From the NCBI GenBank assembly GCA_013239625.1, contig MU053472.1, positions 1 through 64,000 on the forward strand: a stretch of DNA of 64,000 bases, written 5' to 3'. A program made the translations under genes and the position numbers. Origin of the DNA: Lama guanicoe (lineage: Eukaryota). Numbering within the stretch: the first letter of the stretch is position 1; each line of letters opens with the position of its first letter. Below the pieces are notes generated by a model. The model was not told the origin of the DNA, did no database searches, and saw only the letters and a program-made list of their open reading frames with translations. This document shows positions 23,561 to 64,000 of this stretch, in pieces.

Positions 23561-23622
23561 AAAAAACTATAAAAAATTAATTAAAAATAAATAAATAAAT
23601 CTAATTACCCCCCACAAAAACA
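23561..23622 (+). mobile_element. 5'-truncated Vic-1-type SINE tail with TSD
   Basis: aaataaataaataaatctaattacccccc matches the tail of the SINE at 52650; TSD aatagcctttgtg (23548) / aatagccttcgtg (23623). Confidence 0.65.
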
Positions 23623-25089
23623 AATAGCCTTCGTGTCTGTTCAATATGTATGTTCATCATGTACGCTCATTTACTTAGCAACCTCCAATAATATGCATTT
23701 TATATATTTCTTTTTTTAATATCATTAATATGGCTACAGTGAATACTAAATTGGTGTACGTGCCCTTGTTAATTTCTTTGGAAAAAATTGTAAGCAGTAT
23801 AATTGATGATCAAGGAGAATGATTTTTTTTTAAATGAATTCAGCAACACAGTTTTTTCTTTTAATTCTTATGTTTTATAGAAGTGTAGTCAATTTACAAT
23901 GTTAGTTTCAGGAGCACAGCAAAGCAATTCAGTTACATATACACACAAGGAGTATGCTTCTTTTAAGCCTTGGAAACACATTGCCATATGAAACTGTAAG
24001 AACCCCTTTTTTATCAAAATATTTCAGGGGCCTCACTTGATAATTTATTTGCAGTAGCCATTGATGAAAAAAAAAGCATAATAAAAAGTGTTTGTATTAT
24101 ACTTGTATACAGCTGTATTCTGTGGATCAGATCCCCCAAACAGCAGGTCTCATGCATAATTTTTTTGTCCCTCCCTCAGATGAAGACTTATACTAAGGGC
24201 CATCGTTCTCTAATAATTGTTCATCCCTTCCTGGAATTCGTGTCTTCAAAAATGTGATCATTTGAAGGTCCTTGCCCAGGAAGACAGATGAAAACGGGGA
24301 TGTGGGAATGGAGATGAGGGATGTGGAAGGGAAGGGAAAAGAGTTGTTTCTTTTAATAAATCATGATCATGAAAAGTACCCAGACTACTTGACTTATTTG
24401 GTGAGGAGTGATAAGGAGGAAGAGGAGACAGTGGGGGACAGATGACATCTGTGGAGCATTTGCTATGCAAGAAGGACTGTGTTATATGCCCCACAAGTAT
24501 CATCTAATTTATCTTTACAACAGCCTTGTAACTATACTTGATATCACCACCATTTTACATATAAGGACACTGAGGTGCTAAGAAATAAGTATTTGCTCCA
24601 AGTCATAGAGCAGGTAAGTGTCAGGGCCTTGACTATATTTCCATGTCAAACTCTAAGGCCTATACATAATAGCATAGTGGTTAGGAAATCTTTGAATTTC
24701 AAACCCAGGCCCACCACACAACTGTGTGACCTTCAGCAAGTGTCCTAACCTCTCTTGTGTTTCAGTTTCCTCATCTATATAACAGTATATACTTCATAGA
24801 GCTGCAGGGATAAAAGAGGTTAATTCAGGTTAACTGCTTGGAATAGTGCTTGACACAAAGGAAATATTCAATAAATGTTAACTGAATGAGTATTATTACC
24901 AAATTGATGGTCTGACAACCCTCAGTCCTAATTTTTAAGACTCTGAAACAGAACCCAAGACTTATCCTCCTTCCTAGCCTCTCTTGGCTCACCTGGACAT
25001 TAAAAGCTGGTCCCTCTCTCCTGGGTTTCCCCCTTACAAAATGTGGGAGATTAAAATACTTAACAATTTCTTGTCTATGTTTTTCACAG

Positions 25090-25200
25090 TCACATACTTC
25101 GGATTTCACTGGCCCGGGTTGTAGCCTGATTTTGACTAACTGACTGCCTTCATCGTCTCTGACAAGCCATTTATACTATTTAAATGTTTTCTCTTTCAAC
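25090..25200 (+). other. WFDC21: Possible non-coding terminal exon 3 of WFDC21
   Basis: The donor at 23096 needs a downstream exon, and there is a strong acceptor tcttgtctatgtttttcacag| at 25089. The 3' end and polyA signal are uncertain. Confidence 0.3.
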
Positions 25201-27649
25201 CATTGAAACTTTCCTCAGATGTATAAAGGGAAAAATAATACTGTCTATCTAATTTAGATGCTAAGGTTTATCGAACTTAACAGTTTACAAAGCATTTTCA
25301 TAAACACACCATTTGATTTTCACATCAACCAACAGATTGCAAATAGAAGGGCTCTAAATAAATAATAGTGGATTCATTCATTCTGTCAACAGGTCTTGGG
25401 GGTTGCCTGTTACACCCCAGGTGTGTGCTAGCACTGGGGATACAATAGTGGACTAGCCAAATGGTATCTGTTCCTTCATAGAGCTCAGGAAGAAGAACTA
25501 GATAATAAATAAGTAAACAAATAAGATAGCAATACATTATAGTCAGTGTTCTGAAGGGAATAAACAAGGATGTGAATTAGAAACTGGGGAGAGGGGTAAA
25601 GTAATGCCTACTTTAGTTAGAATGATCCAGGCTCTAACAAGTGATAAAAATGAAATCCTGACAGAGTTCCAAAACATGAAAGAAGTGAAATTCCAGAGTA
25701 AGGCCCCAGCTCACCTTATGCAGAATTTATAAAAGAAAATATCTGTGAACTTACTTCCTTACATCCTTTTAAGGGCTCCAGTCACTGTAAGATTATGAAA
25801 ATATTGAGAGTGAGGAAAAGTAAGGATGTGTGAGGAGCTTTTTCCTGGGAGAGCTTTTGTCAAGCTGTGAGTTTCCACAATTTAGGGTTTACTGTCAAAA
25901 CACAAGCCAACGCAGGGGGCCGTCAAATTTCTCCGAGAGCTTGATATATGTTTCCTTCATTTGGTGATCACCACGGAGTAGGAATGTTCATTTTCTTGGG
26001 GAAACCACACTGCCATCCACAAGGGTATATTCCATCAGAACTCAACAGACTGGTATCATTTCCAATATCTGAGTCATTCAGTCTTGAGTAACACTAAGTG
26101 CGGGTCATTCACATTTCCACTTGAGATGAGCCACGCCAAACCTGGTTCTTTCCCACAGTTTCTTTCACACCACCTTCACTGTGTTGATGACCAGGCTTCA
26201 CATCCTTCTAGCCCAGTGTGTTGGACATCTCCTATGCACTGCTTCAAATATTCTTGGCCTTATACTCTTACTCAAATCATCGCTATAGAAACCAGCTTAT
26301 CTCATTCATCTACTAGCTCAGCACAAGCTAATTTGTGAAGGTCTTGGCTCAGACTTGTACGAACCTTAGTAGCCCAAATCTCTCACTTTTGTCTCAGGAC
26401 TTCTTTGTCTATGCAACAAGTCTCTGGCAGGAATCACTGCATACTGATGCGTGCTTAACTCAGATGCATTGGAGAATTAATGTCTGGTGGGGCAACACTT
26501 GACAACAGAGGTCAAAGGCTGGCAGATATATGCTTCTCCCTTCCATTCCTTGGGAGTGGAGGGGGGAGGGTTCTGAAAGTGTTCCATAAGGCTTCTCAGA
26601 AAGTCCTTGAGGATTAAACACTCACTCACACCCTTACAATGGCCAACTCAATAGCACCTATTTGTATTAATTCTCCTTTCTTTCCTGTCCATTCCTGAAT
26701 AAGTCATCCATATATCAACCTCATCTGAGGCTCTGCATTAGGAGAATTCAGAGTAAAACATCAATGACTGGTTCTCAGCTCCTGATCGTCTCTGAGCAAA
26801 CATTTCAATATCACAAATATACACACACATACCTATGTATACATGCATCCCAAGAAGAAATAATATACAAGCATAATGAAATCTAAGTTCAAACATAATA
26901 TAACATAGTATTTTCCCCAAAGAATCCCAAAGTCTTCAGAGAAGTAGCTCTTCTAAAGCATATGCCCAATTTTCATTGCTAAAAGGAGGTGTTTTATTCT
27001 CAGGATAAAATATGTACATTTAGGTGACTTCAAGGGTTTCCTTAAGAGTCATGGGTGAGAATTTGCTTTATATTTGCATAACTCAAAGGCCCTAGAGATG
27101 GTTTACTCAGTCTGCCCAAATGTAAATTTCAAGCCTTCACTTCTGGGGCGACTGAAAACTGCTTACAGCTTTTTAAATGACTATTTTCTTTCCCAGCTTC
27201 TTGCTTTGAAGGTTTCAGAAAATCGCAGGGTGTCCAATCCCAACCAGGTCACCTTTAACCAGGTTATATTTTATATGATTCAGTGTGAACTCCCAGACTA
27301 ATTTTCGTGTGGTGATGTGCTTCAAGAGCCAAAGGATTCGTGGCCAGCTGCAAACAACACTGGGGAACACAGTCTTTATTCAGGGTGGTTTTGTGCCTGG
27401 GGAAAAAAATCAGGGGCGCTAATATGATGTAAAAAGAGGAGGTTTTCGAACTAGCAGTTTCTGTCACTCCCATCCACAGCGCCCCCTCTACAACCCTGGC
27501 CCTATATTGAAACCTTTAGTACTAAACAGGAATGCCGGCCCTGCCCAGCAAAAAGCTCTCTGCGAGGACAAATAAGAGTCCTCGGTTTTCAGTGAAGGCT
27601 CAAGGAGGGGTAGGGGGGCGACAAAGTCTCCCAGATAATTTCTGATATG

Positions 27650-61997
<34,348 letters not shown>

Positions 61998-62350
61998 CAA
62001 GTAGCCCTCCTAGGATTAACAAGTCGGTGAATATTCTACCACACTTTCCAGGTGTCAGGTGATAACAGGAAGAGCTGAGCTGAGCGTAAGACATGTGGGA
62101 TTTAAGCTGAGGGGCGGAAACAGTTCGTCCACTGCTTATTTAAAATGAGTTAGCAGCTATTTGCGTTTTTCTCCAAGGGCTCAGCCACTCGAGAGGGTGG
62201 GAGCCAAGGACTTGGGTTGTCGTGTGGGCCGAGCACACTGAGGGGTTGTGAAGGGTGTTTAGTCTCAGAGGAGTTTGAAAAACAAAAGGCAGAAGCATTT
62301 AGGAATTAGAGTGCTGCGTACTGTGTCTCTGGGAATTGCTTTTCTTTTCT

Positions 62351-62356
62351 AATAAA
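62351..62356 (+). terminator. HEATR6: Proximal polyA signal candidate, HEATR6
   Basis: AATAAA about 350 nt after the stop. Confidence 0.6.
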
Positions 62357-63526
62357 CTAATGTAAAGCAGTGTGCCCATAATCTGCTGTTTGTATCAAGC
62401 TGCATTTGCAGAAAGCCACGAGCGGAGCTGGTGTTCGGCCGGTCTGCACTGGTGCGGCTGCATCGGGTGCTGAAATACTGAAGCGCTTCCTTGCAGGTTG
62501 ATAAATTGCTGCACTGGGCTCCCCAGGTGGCAACCCTGGAAGCCCCCTCCACGCCTTCCCGCAGCCCTGTAAGCAAGAGTGAACGGGCAGGCAGGGGCCG
62601 CTGGCCCGGCCCGTGTCCATTTCCCCCTGGCCACAACAGCAGCTTCCATCTGCATTTCCTAGTGCCCTTCAGAGTGTGGTGCCATATGCTGCATCTGTGG
62701 TGGTTTTGCCACCTTTGAAGTTGTGCCTTGAAAAAGGATTATCTGTTCAATTTAGACGATTACAGAGAGATTTTTAAATTGTACTTTGTTAATGCTCAAG
62801 CAATTATAAAAGTAATTTCTCACTGAAAAAAATGTTTACATTTAAATTTTGCATTCACCTCTTGACCACCAACAATTAATTGGAAGTGATTTCAGTCAGG
62901 AATTTAGAGCTAAGAATCAATTAAAAGATTACACGCTTGTATTTGATGTGGGATAAACAGGAGTCAAGATAGATAGAACGGGTTTGAACAATGTATTAAC
63001 TGTTGATACTTAGCTTAAAATGCATCTTTAAGAGCATATATATGTCTACAGTTTTTCTCCTTCGCCCTTAAGTTACTCTTTTTTCTCTAATATGTTGCTG
63101 ATTGTTCAGAAAATACTGTATAGACAGAGACCAGGGAACAGAGGACTCAGATGGCCGACGGCTCACTCTTCTGTCGGTAGAGTACCAGTTTCCAAAGAAA
63201 CAGACTGCAGGCCCAGGAGCAGCACCCACACAGAGCACGCTTTAAACGTGCTCTTCTTTGGGATGATTCTGGACATGCGTTGTTACAGAGGCTGGGGAAC
63301 TGAGTTGAACCTGTTCTGACCCTGTGATGAGTCTTTGAACTTCCTTCTCCTGAAGGAATGTATTTTTAGCAGCAGCTTGATTACTTGTTTTCATGAAAGT
63401 AAAAACGTGTCATAGACAGCTTATTGCTGGTTCTTTGGGCTTTCACTGCACTGGTGGGGTTCTTGATAAAATATCTGTGAAGTGACTTTGGTTTCATTCG
63501 ATGATTCTTATCCTTTGCTTATCATG

Positions 63527-63532
63527 AATAAA
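63527..63532 (+). terminator. HEATR6: Distal polyA signal candidate, HEATR6
   Basis: AATAAA followed by T-rich sequence. Confidence 0.45.
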
Positions 63533-63585
63533 ATCTTATTTTTTTTCTAAACCTTTCACTTCTATAAAGATTTCCAGGTTTCTTC

Positions 63586-64000
63586 CTTTTTTTTTTAGGT
63601 ATGTTATATATTTTTTACTGAAGTATAGTCAGTTTACAATGTTGTGTCAGTTTCTGGTGTACAGCATAATGCTTCAGTCATACATGAACATACATATATT
63701 CATTTTCATTTTTTTCACCATAAATTACGACAATATTGAATATAGTTCCCTGTGCTATACAGTATGAACTTGTTTATTTTATATGTGTTAGTATCCACAA
63801 ATCTCGAACTCCCGATGTATCCCTTCCCACCCTCTTCCTCACCCTGGTAACCATAGTTTGTTTTCTTTGTGAGTCTGTTTCTGTTTTGTAAGTTTATCTT
63901 TTTTTTTTTTAGATTCCAAATTATAAGTTATATCATACGGTATTTTTCTTTCTCTTTCTGGCTTACTTCACTTAGAATGACAATTTCCAGCTCCATCCGT
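63586..64000 (-). mobile_element. Young L1 3' end, runs off the window
   Basis: Poly-T followed by sequence closely similar to the L1 3' UTR at ~14160-14560. Confidence 0.85.

Noticed and set aside
62349..62718. Overlapping ORFs in the GC-rich HEATR6 3' region
   Set aside because: Expected by chance in GC-rich UTR or downstream sequence; no homology or convincing hairpin seen.

Overview
Mammalian genomic DNA, probably camelid: it carries a Vic-1-type tRNA-derived SINE and a young L1 family that recurs across the window. The window covers a WFDC/HEATR6 locus, with all genes on the + strand. (1) ~6.35-12.75 kb: an unusual WFDC gene segment. A ~2-kb unit is tandemly repeated about 2.75 times, and each copy carries a phase-1/phase-1, stop-free, 6-cysteine WFDC21-like exon. 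These are followed by a canonical 8-cysteine WAP exon (WFDC18/WDNM1-like), a short terminal exon and an AATAAA. The exons can splice in frame into a multi-module WFDC protein, but I could not identify its signal-peptide exon in the window. (2) 20974-23089: an intact 63-aa WFDC21 (Wdnm1-like; the human ortholog is the pseudogene/lncRNA lnc-DC). (3) 27799-61997: a complete 20-exon HEATR6 (1170 aa) with a CpG-island promoter. Its TGA stop lies 11 codons upstream of a second in-frame TGA that appears to be the ancestral stop. The rest is intronic or intergenic sequence with L1, SINE, MLT and hAT-MITE repeats. Most ORFs in the supplied track are spurious or are L1 fragments. All calls come from reading the sequence by eye; no searches were run.
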